A DNA stretch of 64,000 nt. Origin: Antedon mediterranea (Eukaryota; Animalia; Echinodermata). Below are positions 25,062 to 39,213 of the stretch, in pieces (the first letter of the stretch is position 1; each line of letters starts with the position of its first letter). Below the pieces are notes generated by a model. The model did no database searches and had not been told where the DNA came from. It worked only from the letters and a program-made list of their open reading frames with translations. The stretch lies in NCBI RefSeq assembly GCF_964355755.1, contig NC_092672.1, positions 21,279,237 through 21,343,236 on the forward strand, read 5' to 3'. The position numbers were made by a program, and so were the translations under genes.

Positions 25062-28000
25062 TATTCATAGCATGTTCAGTAGGCTCAGTTTTTTTACCTA
25101 TACTATGAATTTGTGTTTTTCTTGTATTCATAGTTCGAGATAAAGCACTAATAATGTGTTATGAATACTCAGGCTTATATTCTTAGTAAAATGTAATTAC
25201 TTTAGACTTGCAGAATTATCAACTGTTGGGAATTAAATATTATGCAGAGCAAGTATGTCTTCACTCAGAGATGTCCATAGCACTTTAATTTTACTGTAAA
25301 TAAGAATTTGAGTTCTCTACACTAAGGTTATTCACATGACAGTATGTAATAGTGATATGTAAAAGGAATTTAATAATAAATCATAATCAACAGAAATATA
25401 AAAATAATACATTACAAGGGCCTATACATTTTATATTACACAGTGCCCTCACTCATCATTTATTTTACTTTTTAAAATTTCTTTTTTGTTCGCACTTTCA
25501 GTACCAGTGTACTGTTCAACAAAAACCAATGTACTTGACAGTGATTATTTTGCTTTTTATTTAAAGAAAGAAATTAACAAACACAAATAAAAAATAAAAC
25601 TTGGTATACTAAAATCCGTGAATAAGTGCATATATTAAAAGCTTTGGTTGCAGTTCAAGTTAGTTGACCAATAACCAGTAATTTGTTTAGTTTTGAGTAG
25701 GTGTACTGTAATAATATCATAGGCTATAAAACATGTACATTTACTATCAACATTTATATCCTGATGAATTTCAACATTTCTTAAAAGCTAAATGGAACTT
25801 AGTCTACAACCTAGTTTTCCTGATAATATCTATCTGAGATCAAACTTTTTACACTTATTGATAGATTTGTTTGATAATAAAACAAAGGGATTGTCATTGG
25901 CAACCCTTATCACCATGGTTAGGAAAAGACTGAATAACACAAATTGTAAGACTGTTCGTTTCATGTCCAGGATTTGAATTATTTATTTGTTATGCGGGGT
26001 AATTACTATTAGTCAATCAATGAATTCTACTACAAATAGAAATATGTTGTAAATGCAATATTGTGGGCATGCAATGCATGTGGCGGGGCGTTTACTCAAG
26101 GAAATAGTCCAAATGATGTTCTATAGGGACGTAATATTCGTGGGGGATTATTCAAAAGAGGGTGTTTAATCAAATTGTCATCCATGCACCCTACCAGGTC
26201 CCCATCTCTGAAACCTATCAGCACCACAACCACACAGGTTCAGTACATTTTCTAGTAAAAAGATCCCCACCTTCAATAACAACCCAGCAAATGGGCATTT
26301 GATATGGAAACACAATCTAAAATGTTTGTCACCGAAGTTGAGCTTGAGTGACAGTCGATACTGAAACACACATGGAATTTGATTTAGTGATTTGAATAAA
26401 ATAAATTTAATTAATTTCAAACAATGACAATTTATTTAATTTATTTAAAAATTGATATTAAAATATAAAGCATTTTGTTCATTTAATCTGGGGATGGTAA
26501 TGGGGTAAAAAATAAATAATAATTTAACTATAAGCTAGTAAAATAGTTTGTTTAGCAGAATTGCTATCGAAGTTTACTCAATAATATAGTTCTGCTTTTA
26601 CCACTATTACATTCTTGAATGATTAATTAACACCAAACATGTTGAGTGCTTTCTGCCTTTTTAGCTTACATACATTTTGCCATTTTGGTGCTTAATATCA
26701 GGTGAATAGTGGTAAAGTTGGCACCACCTGCAGTTGATTGAAAGTATCAGTTAAATGTTCTTGATTTTAATTTCCAGGGCATAGACCTATAATCATTGAT
26801 ACAACTGAAGTATCATAACCCTTATCTATCTTATCTAGTTTGTTAACTCTTCTCAAAATGAATTCACAAGGTTCTTCTAGATAGTGTAGTGTTTTTTAGT
26901 TTGTTTTTTTGATCACTTGCCTAATTTCAGGTCTTGAAATTTAAAAATGAATATTTGGTTGAAATAAATGAAAAAATGATGAAAATGAGAGCCTCTGTTT
27001 AGGCTGTACACTTTTATGTTTCAAACAGTATAGTTGTAAAACAAAATGTTAATGATAATGGTTTATTACATTTTATAGACATGTTATTATGGCTACGTAT
27101 GGCTGTGTATTAATTATATAAACAGTTTAATTTTCTATTAATACCAAACATGTTGGATAATCATTTGACTAATATCAAAACAAGTTTATTGTTTAATAAT
27201 ATTTTGCTTTTATAAATAATCATAGTTATATCTAAATAAAATACCAAAAAGTAATGAATTTATTATTAAAAGTATTTATTATTCCAATACACAACAAATT
27301 AGTTTTGCTTATTATTACTCTGAATCTTTTTAGTTTCTTTGTAATAATAGTTAATTCTTGTTTATATTGTTTTAAAAGTATTTGTACTAAAAAAATATTA
27401 GTTTAATAAGTAGTATTTTTAATGATTTCAGTAGGCTGTGAATCATTTTAGTTGTATGCCTAATTACTGTAATTATACCATAAATTGTCAATATTATCTT
27501 ATAGTTTAAAAAGTATAAACTAAAATATAATAAATTAAGACTCTTTGTACACATGTTGTACATCATTGCTTTTTTTGTTGTTGTACATCATTGCTTTTTT
27601 ATACCGTTGCCACCGCATTTTCGGTCTTTGCAATACCCATGTTTATACTGTTATATACATTAATATCTTTCCTTTTTTAATAGTGCCATCTATGTTTTGA
27701 TATTTTCCACAAATGTTATAGTGCACGCTATTAGTGTGGACATAACTAGCATAAAACCTCTCAATATTTCATTTGTTCAAGTTGAGATGTCATATACTTT
27801 AATTCATCGTTCACATCAGCAGTTGATTGAATGTAATGTTTAAATATTATCTACTCAACAAATATGTTCCATTTGTATAATGTACAGTACAGTAAGCATT
27901 AGCAAACCTTTACATTATTTTTCTTTTTGCGCATTTAAATACCCTATAAAGTATGAATACACATGTGGTTGATAACCACAATAAAATAAAATATAGATAA

Positions 28001-30127
28001 ATTGGCCAGACAAATTGGTACGCATACTGGCCCACATCTTTCTGTTTCACTACATTATACTGGTACTGCCAGTAACTGCTGCTGCTAATAACTTTATCAA
28101 TTCCAATAATTCAGACAACAATGAATACAAATAAAAAACAACAAAAAAAAACAACTTTTTAACATAAGAAAGACTTTCTGAGATAACAGTTTAAAAATCA
28201 GTAGTAAACATTTTGTGTAACATAAATATAGTTTGAATTACTAGACTATAGTACTATGCATATTCTGAGTGGCATTACTCACTAAGGTTGGAGTGACCCA
28301 CTCATACCCATACATTCTAGTGAACAAAAAAATGTATAATTTTTCATGAGCCTTCGTTGTACAGCAGCAGCCGACAAGTACTCGCTAATCAAAAAATTCA
28401 TTATCTATATATACCCCATTCGCCAAAAATATTTACCATAGAAGAAGGATTGTTTTGACCATTAATTATTCAATGATATATCTGACGGTAATTATACTTA
28501 GCCCCTATGTTGACAGCCAAAACATTGTTTATTGAACATAGGTCAAACTAATGTCTATATACATCTCATAGACTCTCTGTGCGCATGCCCAGTTTGAGTT
28601 TAAAAATTCCCATTTAGACTCTTTTCCCAGACGTGCTTTGAGGTGTGCTCATGTCCAGTTTGTGTTTCTAAGTACCCATTTTTTCAGCCTTAATAAACTA
28701 TTATAAGCCTGCATTGTAAATGTTTCCTAATGCTTCCATTCTCCTGAATGTAACTGCCTACAAAAAAAAAATTGTTGTGTACTTTTTGAAAATTTACTTT
28801 TTCATTCATTTTATTTACTGAAGTATAAAACATTTCAATAGAATAAGCAATGATTGGAACATGTGATACAGCACTTTATTTGTTTATTGGTATATTCAGT
28901 ATGCATGGTCTACTAGGAAAGTTGTATGTAGCCTCAGTGAATATTATTCACATCCTATACACAATGTATATCATTCCACTGTTTGTCTTCAATGTTCATC
29001 AACATAATATATTAATATTTATTAGCTTGTTATAAAATCATTAGTTATAGGAATTATAGTATAGATAATTGTTAGTTGCATTGAATCTTTTTCAAATGTT
29101 GGTATATATACATGTGAATAAATAATGTGTATTTCTTTGTTATAATTACTGTATAATGATTTATTTCCAGTGATTTTTTTTATATCTTTGAATTAAAAAG
29201 AATAACAATTTTTATGAATTTGTTTTAATGTAAATTTTATTAATTTTTTGTAAGTCAATTCAATAAGTATAACACAAATAATAAAGATCTTAAAATCTAT
29301 TAAACTGTATAAATGTTAAGTTTGCATTTCTTATGTACTGTATTGATTTTCAGATTCAATATTTTTCACATTGATATGATTTGTTAGGTTCTTGGTATTC
29401 TGGCATCAGCCAAACCTTTACCCATTTTAATTCTCTGACAGGCTTGAGCTATCCAGGGAGGTATAAAAATGGTCATGGTATTTCTAAAAACTGTCCATTT
29501 GATCTAACAACTTTAAAAAATGAAACAAATATGGTTCAAAAAGATGTCTACAATTAAATTATCCATCTTTTTTTGTCAGATTAAACTCAAGATTAACATT
29601 GTTACAATCAATATTTAGACTAATATGCTACACTTGCAAGAACTTGTACTAGCTAAACTCCACCACCACACCATAGAGCAATGGACTATTTCTTTGCTCT
29701 ATCATCACATAAAGGATAATTAACATAATGAAGTTACTTAAACATGCCCCTGAAAGTAAAAGTTTGTATGCCAAACCTTCAATAATTTTATATTTAAAAA
29801 AATTTATATAAATAAAACTAAAATGTGATTGATAATTTAAATACCAGCAACAACATTTTGACATTAAAATTGAAATAATACAAAATTGTATAAAAGTATA
29901 TAACATAATTATCATATTTTTATAAAAATGTATACAAAAGTAGAAATCAAATTCTGAAAACTAATTTGACTTGGTTACATTGCGTATGATGATGCAGTAA
30001 ATAGTTGCAAATTGATTTTTGTAAAGTAACCCTCTGTATAAATTACATAACAAATGAATATGTGCAACTGTAAGATATAACCATGGAGAAATGATATAAC
30101 CAATATTGTATGTATTTCATATTATAG

Positions 30128-30226
30128 AATGGTTGGACAGCTTTGCATTTAGCAGCAGCCAATGGAGCCACAGACGGTTGCAGTCTGCTGGTGAATGCAG
30201 GAGCAGGTGTCAATGTATCAAACAAA
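30128..30226 (+). CDS. Ankyrin-repeat exon (99 bp, phase 0)
   Basis: TATAG acceptor, NGWTALHLAAANGATDGCSLLVNAGAGVNVSNK, GTAAGT donor. Confidence 0.92.
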
Positions 30227-30831
30227 GTAAGTCATCTTCATTATTATTCATTGTAATTTTTAAATATATAACATTTTATATTTTAAACATAATGATATTT
30301 TGGGTAATAATATTTAATGTATAAAACTCCATTGATGCTGAAATTGGCATAATTTGAAGATCAATATATTTTTTTCTCTGATACTAGTCATGAAAATTGC
30401 TATGACACTACATTAACATTTTGTCATGTATTTCCATTGAACAATTAAAACAATGAAAATGATAGTGTCAATTTTACTTAACTAAACTACAGCAACATGC
30501 TATATGCACAATTGAAATATATCATCCTTATTCCAGTATTGATATACAGTAATTTAAACAGTATTATGAAGACTACAATTTTTAACAATTTTAATATTTC
30601 TTTAGATCATTATGATTTTGTATATCTGAAAAGTTCATTTTTTACCAAAATGTTTTAATAACTTTTGAAACAGTATGATTCTACCTATATATCACATAGA
30701 GGTACAAATGATCAAAGATGCTAGTTGATAGACATATAAACTGTATTCATTTATTTTATAATTATCATCATACTCATTTGCCATACTCTCCTTTATTCCT
30801 TTCAACAACATCACCACCAACTCCAACCACC

Positions 30832-31042
30832 TCCTGGTTATAGTCACCTTTGGGGATCCCTTTGGGGACCCCTTTGGAAACAAGCCTCTGGGCTCAAAGG
30901 GCCATCCCCTGCTTTCCATGCTTTTTTCTTGTCTAGTCTTGTATTTTTATATTTAATGTTTCTCTTTTTATTTCATTTACATTATACTGTTTTATTTATT
31001 TGTACTGTATTTGGAAAGCAATAAATATTACTTACTTACTTA
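30832..31042 (+). mobile_element. 3' fragment of a LINE or SINE
   Basis: GC-rich stem-loop-like segment, then AATAAA and a (TACT)n tail. Confidence 0.45.
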
Positions 31043-32185
31043 CCACCAATCCCAAGAATGATGATGCAGAATTTGGTTGAGAGCTAAAGTGATCTGTTAA
31101 TACACACCACAATTATAGTTCTTTGTTATTAGGTTGTAATTATTTTTTCCATATACAATATAAGATACAGATAGTATATCTGCCACATGTATTCTTTCTT
31201 TATACTCAGGATTAACAAACATAAATAAAACTGAAATAGCGGCACAAATATAATTTTGTAAGTTATTTACCGTAGCTAGTTTTTAACAAATCACCTTACA
31301 TAATAATTACAGTATCAAACCACCATTACAATGTCATACAAAATGTAAAAATAAACAAATCATCATTAGCATAACTAGGTGATGATTTGGAATATTTATA
31401 GTCTATTCAAAAAGATGTTTATTTCTTAACATTTATTTAAATATATCACACACACATAGTAAATTATAGTAAATACACAATACAAATAAAGGGAAATTGT
31501 TTAACACTAAACAACCTAGAGGTGAAAAACAACAAAGAAAAACAAAAAAGTTGAACTAGACTTAAATGTTATACACAACTGTAACAATTTCAGAGTGTAT
31601 CCAACATTTAACATTATTAAATATTTTAGACCACTGACAATGGTGATCACCAGTGCTTTGCAAAGTCTGCAGTTGCACTTTATCATGTTTTATTCATTCA
31701 TATTTATCTCCATCATCCAACTTTATCAAACAAAACATTTTTGAGGATAAACATACAGTAGCTATACGTAAGGTTCAACTTTAATAATTTTAAGTTTAAC
31801 ATTTTCTAACATTAATGTTAAAAGATTACTTTTAAAAGAACTTATATAGACACATTTCAAATTTCAGTACAAGCTATTTAACAAAAATATACTTATGCCA
31901 AGTTATTGTAGCATAACTTTATATTTTAATCAATGGATGTAAATGACTTTGCATTATATAAATGTATTACAATTCTTTATAAACTCTTCATTGTTGCAGA
32001 TCTATTTTAGTACAATCTTTTTTTTAAACTAATATTGACCTTGGTTCATCCTTGTTTCAGTTGGATATTGTCCTATCTTTTCAATTTACATTCATGTTCA
32101 CGGAGTAAATTAAAATTTATCTATTAAGATTAATTCAATAAAACTATATCCCATAACAATTTTCCTATGAATAAATAGATGGAAT

Positions 32186-32420
32186 TATTACCTCCGCCAA
32201 GGAGGTTATGTTTTCACCCCTGTATGTTTGTGTGTGGGTGTGGGTGCACGTGTATGTGTGTCTGTGAACAGCCTGAAGGCCACAGTTTTCATCCGATTCT
32301 CACCAAATTTGGCCACAATGATCTATGCCCCAAAACCTTGGACGAGTCCGATTGTAAGGGGAAAAGGTCATATTTCAAGGTCACAACTAATAAAAAACTA
32401 TTTTAGTGCCTAGAGACCAC
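32186..32420 (+). mobile_element. Helentron/DINE-like element 5' portion; related 3' end on the minus strand at about 63047-63082
   Basis: Start TTATTACCTCCGCCAAGGAGGTTATGTTTTCACC followed by a GT-rich microsatellite and ACCAAATTTGG/AAGGTCA motifs. 63047 reads AACTAGAAAGCCACTCGGAGAGTGCATACCTCCGCC. Confidence 0.65.
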
Positions 32421-34742
32421 AGTACACATATGGCTGAATGCATAACAACATTACTATAAGCCCAATGACTGGGAAACCTTTAAAATGTGGCTTACCTTTC
32501 ATTGGTCATGCTTTATAACAACCTACCTTAAACCCCTGCGTTAGCGGCTGAGGTAACACCAACCCAGCGAATGCTATGCAGTCCAAATAGATACTCATTG
32601 TACCCACAGCATAAAATATCCTTAAACAGCACGGCAGCGTCAATAGGACATCTTTCTAGCATGTGGCTACTAGTTGATTCCACTGACTAAATAGTGCTAA
32701 AGTGGTCCCATGCCTTCTACTCTCTATGTATAAAGACCCAGGTATCTGTGTCCAACAATAATTTCCAACCACCAATAGTTTTGATAGTTCAAACACTGAA
32801 TTATTTAATATTTTAAATAAACCCAAATAAATTTACACTATCTAGTATTTTTGTAAAAAATTTATAAAATATGCACTTAATGTTAATTTTCCTTTTACCC
32901 AAACCTTGTATTATTTTAGATAAAATTATGCAGATTTCATTTACAGTATTGTGGTACAAAACTATGAAACAATCAAAGTCCTTCTGTTTCTGAATTATTT
33001 CTTGTAGATGTTAAAACTTTGATTAGTTTTATAAACTACACCTTTTCACCTTCTGTCAATTATATAAGAATGTACAGTATTTATTCTGTTACTGACATTC
33101 AATGATTCAGGTTTCTCCTTCATCTAATGTTCTAGCAGTATTGTTATAATTTTTTTTTTAATTGAGAATTGTCATATAATTTCACACATAAATTAATTAT
33201 TCCCTCAGATTTGGAATCAAAATAAAATGAACATTGACTTAGTAATGTATTTAATAATTGCCCTGATTCAATGCACAACTATTAATTTAGATTGTATACT
33301 GGCTTTTTCTTTTATCCAAATGTACATATGAAAAACATAAGCACTCATTTTGAGGACTTGTGATGAGTTGAAAATCAAATAACAATATTATCAAGTTAAA
33401 GTTCAATACAATTTTTTTCGTAATGGTCAAATGAATACAAAACAGAAAATATATTTAGGTTACATTAATTTGTTTAAAAAGTAGCATGAAAACATAAAAT
33501 AAATTACATGAATAAAGGTAATGACCATTACAGGAACCAGAACTTAAAACTAATAAATAAATTCAAAAGAAATATAGACAATAGCATATTATTTCATCAG
33601 ATAATGATTTTTCAAATATCATTTAAAAGTTTTTACAATTAGAAACAATGGTTAAATCAAGACTATTCCACTTATATTTGGGGTAAAACATTATTTTTTG
33701 TTTAAAATAATTGCCAAACTCTGCAATCCTCCAAAAAACATAGCAAAACTCATTTAAACAACTTAAAAATGATTGAATCAGTAGTGTACAGCCCACTTGG
33801 CTTGTCAGTTAAGAAATTTAAATATATTTTTGTTAAATACTTAATTTTGTGGTTAAGCATTATTTTTTGGTTTAAAAATAATTGCTAAACCTTCACCCTC
33901 GGATTAGAGGGGGCGTAAGCACCAGCCCAAACAATGTTACAGTACAGTGTATAAGTAAAACATTTTATTTTAATTTGTTTAGAATACTAATATATTTATA
34001 TATTTTTTGATAAAAATTATTGGCGGGCCAATTATTACACATTTCACATTTTACACTGTAGGCCTACCTACCAACTGTAGCCTAAGTCATGACCAACATA
34101 GTATATATGTTTAAGGCAAAATAAAATTTATAACCAGTTTATCGTCCCCGCCCGCTCCGATTTTTGGCGCCGCATCGATTTTTATTTTATTTTTTATATT
34201 ATTATTTGAATTTATATTTACAAAATGTTTACCTTTCCGTAAATCGTAATGTAAAATAATGTAGGCCTAGATACCGTACGAGAGTACAGCCCACACATCG
34301 TGTGTACTAGGCTCGGGTCAAATAAGGTCAACCTTACTTAGTCATGCAGCAGCCGTTTTGCAGTATGCAACACGCGTGACTAATTAGTTTGACATCGGTA
34401 CACGTCTGGAACAGTGAGGCCCGACCGACTTCACATTGCGCAGTTTTTTTTCCGCGGTACACAGAGAATCTCTTTATTATTTGTTCATCGTGATTTCTTA
34501 CTTACTCGTTGTTGAACTACGATAAAATGGGGGTATTTGTTTGTGTTTTAATTTGCAAGAGGAATAAAGTTATAAAGCCATGGTTTGCAAGGACAGTAAT
34601 TGATAGCAGTACTACCTTCCGTCAGATATTTATTGACTTTGCAAGTGGTGAATTTGACGGCGGAGTGGCAGTTGATCTTGCAGAATTCAAGAAAGATCAT
34701 GCGAGTATTCGGCCGAGTCGGCCACCTACCGCGACGGTAGGC

Positions 34743-37700
34743 CCGGATCAACTGCCGTTTTGGCTCCGGAGTTTTTTTTAGGGTTATTCCATTATTAAAG
34801 TGGGGATGTGTGGTTATGAATATTGTGTGCAGGTACGTCAATAGAAATGACATTGAGAGCCCTCTTCTGTCAGTTGACTGGTTCCCGGTCTACCGCCTTG
34901 TAATTGACTTAATCATGATCGAATTCCAACAACTTAAGAATATACAAAATGTTTACATAATTATATAACAATGTAGATCTATCTAATAATGTTTTTATTT
35001 TTTTGCAGATAAAGGAGGATCATCAATAAAATAAAATGATAAAAATTCCAGGCATTTAATATATGGTTTACTGATAAAATATAATGTACCAATGAAATAA
35101 ACCTGGTGTTCTGAAACATATTTTAATAACTTTTGCCGGCCTAGCGCCTATGTGTATCTAAATCTATCTAAATAATTAAGTTAGTACAGTATTAACAAAT
35201 AAAGGGTTAGGGTTATGTATAATAAAATGATAGAAATGAGGCATTATCTAATAATGTTTTTATTGATTTTCTTTTCTGATTTTTTTAGTTTTAAAATTCA
35301 AGTACCGTTTTTATAGCGTTACGTATCCTGTAAATGGTAACCTAAAAATATAGAAATGTAATAAAATAACGGTTATAGTGAACCTAAACATTAACCAAAC
35401 ACTAACATTAGAAAACCACTATGTGTTTGCTGGACTGCCACAATGGAACAATAGACCTATGTATGTTAAACAAAGAAATCACGTCAAAGCAGGGTGGAGA
35501 CGGAATTTTAAGACAAAGGTGTTCTATACAAATGCAAATCATTCATGTATACTTTTTACAAATTTTGTTTAGTTTCTTTATTAAAAGATTTTGATATGCT
35601 GTTATATATAAATATTCTAATACATAGAATAGCAAAATTATCATAATACATAGGATAGCAAAAAATAAACCAAACATAACAACAACAAAATTAAATTGAC
35701 AATGTATTTTTATTTAGAAATTCATTTCAATAATATAAATATTTTTTATTAAATTACATCATTATTTACTTACAATTAATTAATTACTTAACTTCCATTA
35801 CAGTAACTGAATAAATGGTACATAAAATTACTAAATAATTGCACATAAAATGCAGGTTATAATAAAGACATAAGTATACATATAATGGTACAGGTTATAA
35901 ATATTTAAATTACGTTTTTTAAATGTAATTATAATAATTAATGATGAGAATACGGTTACGAGTAGACATGTACATTGGTACATTACAGTACGAGCAATCC
36001 TTGGCAGTTGGATAAAAACCCCTTCGTTGGAAAAAGTCCAGGTAGTCATCAAATCCATTAAACAAATGTGGTCCTATCTTCGGCAGCATGGTCCTTGGTT
36101 TAAGTCGCAGTAAAATCAAATCGAGAACGCAGTAAAATATCGGAGTTGTAGGCCTATAATATAGTTGAAAGTTGGTGATTTGAAGACAACTGATCTTGGT
36201 TTATATACATGTGCCATATTTTAGTTTGTATACATAGCTCCATGTCGGCATGAGTGATATTGTTATATGCTTTATTATGTAATATTGTAAGCTTCAATGA
36301 GACACCTTTGTGCAGCGATAAAAAAAAGTAAAACTATGCTACAGCGGTTTTTGTTTCTTAACCTGATTACATATATTTTATTAATATTTATTCTTCCCAA
36401 CCATTTTTTTTTAAACTCAAAATTTGAAACACTACCGTTTAGCTTTTTCATTCAAATTGAACATTGAATTTAATGAAATTTTATGTACTGTACTGTTTAA
36501 CAAATCAACATAACGGTACAATAGGTTATGATTATTTCAAACCAAAATAGCTAGGTTTTTAAGGACTGATTTATCTTTAAAAAACGCCTAGAAATAAAAG
36601 AGAGAGAGAGAATAGCAATTACGTGTTGGAATAATACAGTAGTAACGGTACAATATATAATCATTTTGGTAAAGAAAATCAAATACTAGGTTTTTTAAGG
36701 TCTGATTAAACCCAAGTGTGACGTCGTCTGGAAGCAGGAATTTAATATTCATAATTAGGTGATCATTTAGAATAAAATGATCATGTATTGTTATTGGTTA
36801 TCCGCAACGAAGTTGCTGATAACCTCTTGTGATTGTACGAAATCATCATCAACATCAACTTTTTATTTCTCTTCTTTCTTTCTGTATGATTTTTGTGCAA
36901 CGCTTTTCTCTGAAACTTGCAAACATAACATTTTGTGAACTATGTTAACATTTTGACATTTGTGTAACGTCGTCAAGCGAAGCTTATATTAATTCATATA
37001 AAAATTAAGCCTATTGGATGTTGTGACGTTACCGTATGGCCAGTTGAAGTTAAAAAGTATTTTTTTTCATCGCTTTCGTAAAAGTTATACAATTTTTAAA
37101 TAGCGCGCACCGCCCGTCCACGTGCCAAATTTTCTTCCAATTGTTATATTTTATTACTCAATTCATTATCTTTCGATATTGTTATCTTCAAGTTTATTTT
37201 GACAACGTCATCATACCAAAAAATTAGAACGATGTGATGTGGGTCCCGTAATTTCACCTATGCTATGTATATAGATATACACAGTACAGTATATACTGTA
37301 CATATTGTATATGGCATATAATAGGCACAACTCAGCACTATAAGCGTATAATAGGATGGCATACATCAACAATTTCCGATTGTATGTTAACGTAGGTGCA
37401 TGTTTAAAAAATATGAATGTCAATAAAATGATAAAAATGATCACCTATAATTCGTCAAAGTGACGAATTAAATTCTAGTTACAAGTTGTACTTGGATATC
37501 AAACTGTCTATTTGGTCGACTTGAGCCTCAAGAGAATAGCAACTCATGTATGAGCTGTAATAAACAGTAAGTACAGTATAGAAATCATATATCGACTAGC
37601 ATTAAAATTACAAGTGGGAATCTGTAGTACAGTGAAAAATTTCATTTAAAAATTTTAGCAAAATTGCTAATCAAACTGATTTAGTCGAGAAACATAGCTT

Positions 37701-38817
37701 TTGTATTGTATTTTTTGCTACACAATTTTCGAAATGTGTAGCAATAAGGTTGTTTTGTATAGCTTTTTGCTATGCCACACTGGCGAAATTATTCCTTGTA
37801 GTAGATAAAATAGACGTTCAAAACAGGTTAAAAAAGAAAATCATAGTACGGTTATTATTGTACAGTATATTAATTAAACAAGCTGAACATTTTATATAGT
37901 GATTTAATACGCAAATAATGTTTCCACATTTTTTTTACTGCAGAGTTTACGTGAATTTCTGTCAGCATTGATCATGTTGTATTCCACCACCAGATTTGCA
38001 TTTGTATAGAACGCCTTTGTCTTAAAATTCCGTCTCCACCCTGCTTTGACGTGATTTCTTTGTTTAACATACCTAGGTCTATTGTTCCATTGTGGCAGTC
38101 CAGCAAACACATAGTGGTTTTCTAATGTTAGTGTTTGGTTAATGTTTAGGTTCACTATAACCGTTATTTTTATTACATTTCTATAACGTAAAAAGAAACA
38201 TTCAGATAACGTTTTTAGGTTACCATTTACAGGATACGTAACGCTATAAAAACGGTACTTGAATTTTAAAACTAAAAAAATCAGAAAAGAAAATCAATAA
38301 AAACATTATTAGATAATGCCTCATTTCTATCATTTTATTATACATAACCCTAACCCTTTATTTGTTAATACTGTACTAACTTAATTATTTAGATAGATTT
38401 AGATACACATAGGCGCTAGGCCGGCAAAAGTTATTAAAATATGTTTCAGAACACCAGGTTTATTTCATTGGTACATTATATTTTATCAGTAAACCGTATA
38501 TTAAATGCCTGGAATTTTTATCATTTTATTTTATTGATGATCCTCCTTTATCTGCAAAAAAATAAAAACATTATTAGATAGATCTACATTGTTATATAAT
38601 TATGTAAACATTTTGTATATTCTTAAGTTGTTGGAATTCGATCATGATTAAGTCAATTACAAGGCGGTAGACCGGGAACCAGTCAACTGACAGAAGAGGG
38701 CTCTCAATGTCATTTCTATTGACGTACCTGCACACAATATTCATAACCACACACCCCCACTTTAATAATGGAATAACCCTAAAAAAAACTCCGGAGCCAA
38801 AACGGCAGTTGATCCGG
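34743..38817. mobile_element. Foldback-type element with about 800-bp inverted arms (Merlin/MULE-like, unassigned)
   Basis: 34743-35540 is the near-perfect reverse complement of 37993-38817 (one 27-bp indel). The arms contain GGGTTAGGGTTA. The interior has a minus-strand CxxC fragment. No clean TSD. Confidence 0.8.
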
Positions 38818-39213
38818 CCTAGGCTAGTTAATGGCGGTTGATCTTGCATAATTCAAGAAAGAGTGTGAGTGATAGGCTTGTATGAATCAGCCCCAATCCA
38901 GACCTACAGTATACTCTGGCAGCGAACATAACTTAAAGATCACATGACACTGAAATCACATATTGTAGATTTTTGTACTTATATGCTAGATAATAATTAC
39001 TAGAATAAGAATAAAGTGTTTGTAATTAGTAATTCGGTCGAATTCATATTTTAAAAATATTTTTTAATTACGTTGTTCAAAATTGGGACAAATTGTCATA
39101 AAAAAAGCGGCAACCCTATAGGTCATCACTGCTACGTCACAAGTTGGAGTAAAAAAAAGGCAAACACACTGAAAGCCTCTGTGATACAGTAATATCAAAG
39201 ACAACACAGTATT

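Larger units (their letters stand above)
20721..25530 (+). repeat. Duplicated intronic blocks A (copy 2) and B; contains the empty site of the 14-kb Zator insertion
   Basis: Matches 3291-5950 and 33090-34114 + 48233-49112. TATATGTT-TAA-AGATTAC at 24091-24108 is the uninterrupted version of the 34114/48230 junctions. Confidence 0.9.

Noticed and set aside
35203-35214. Telomere-like GGGTTAGGGTTA (mirror copy near 38345)
   Set aside because: Only two units, embedded in the foldback arms; not an interstitial telomere array.
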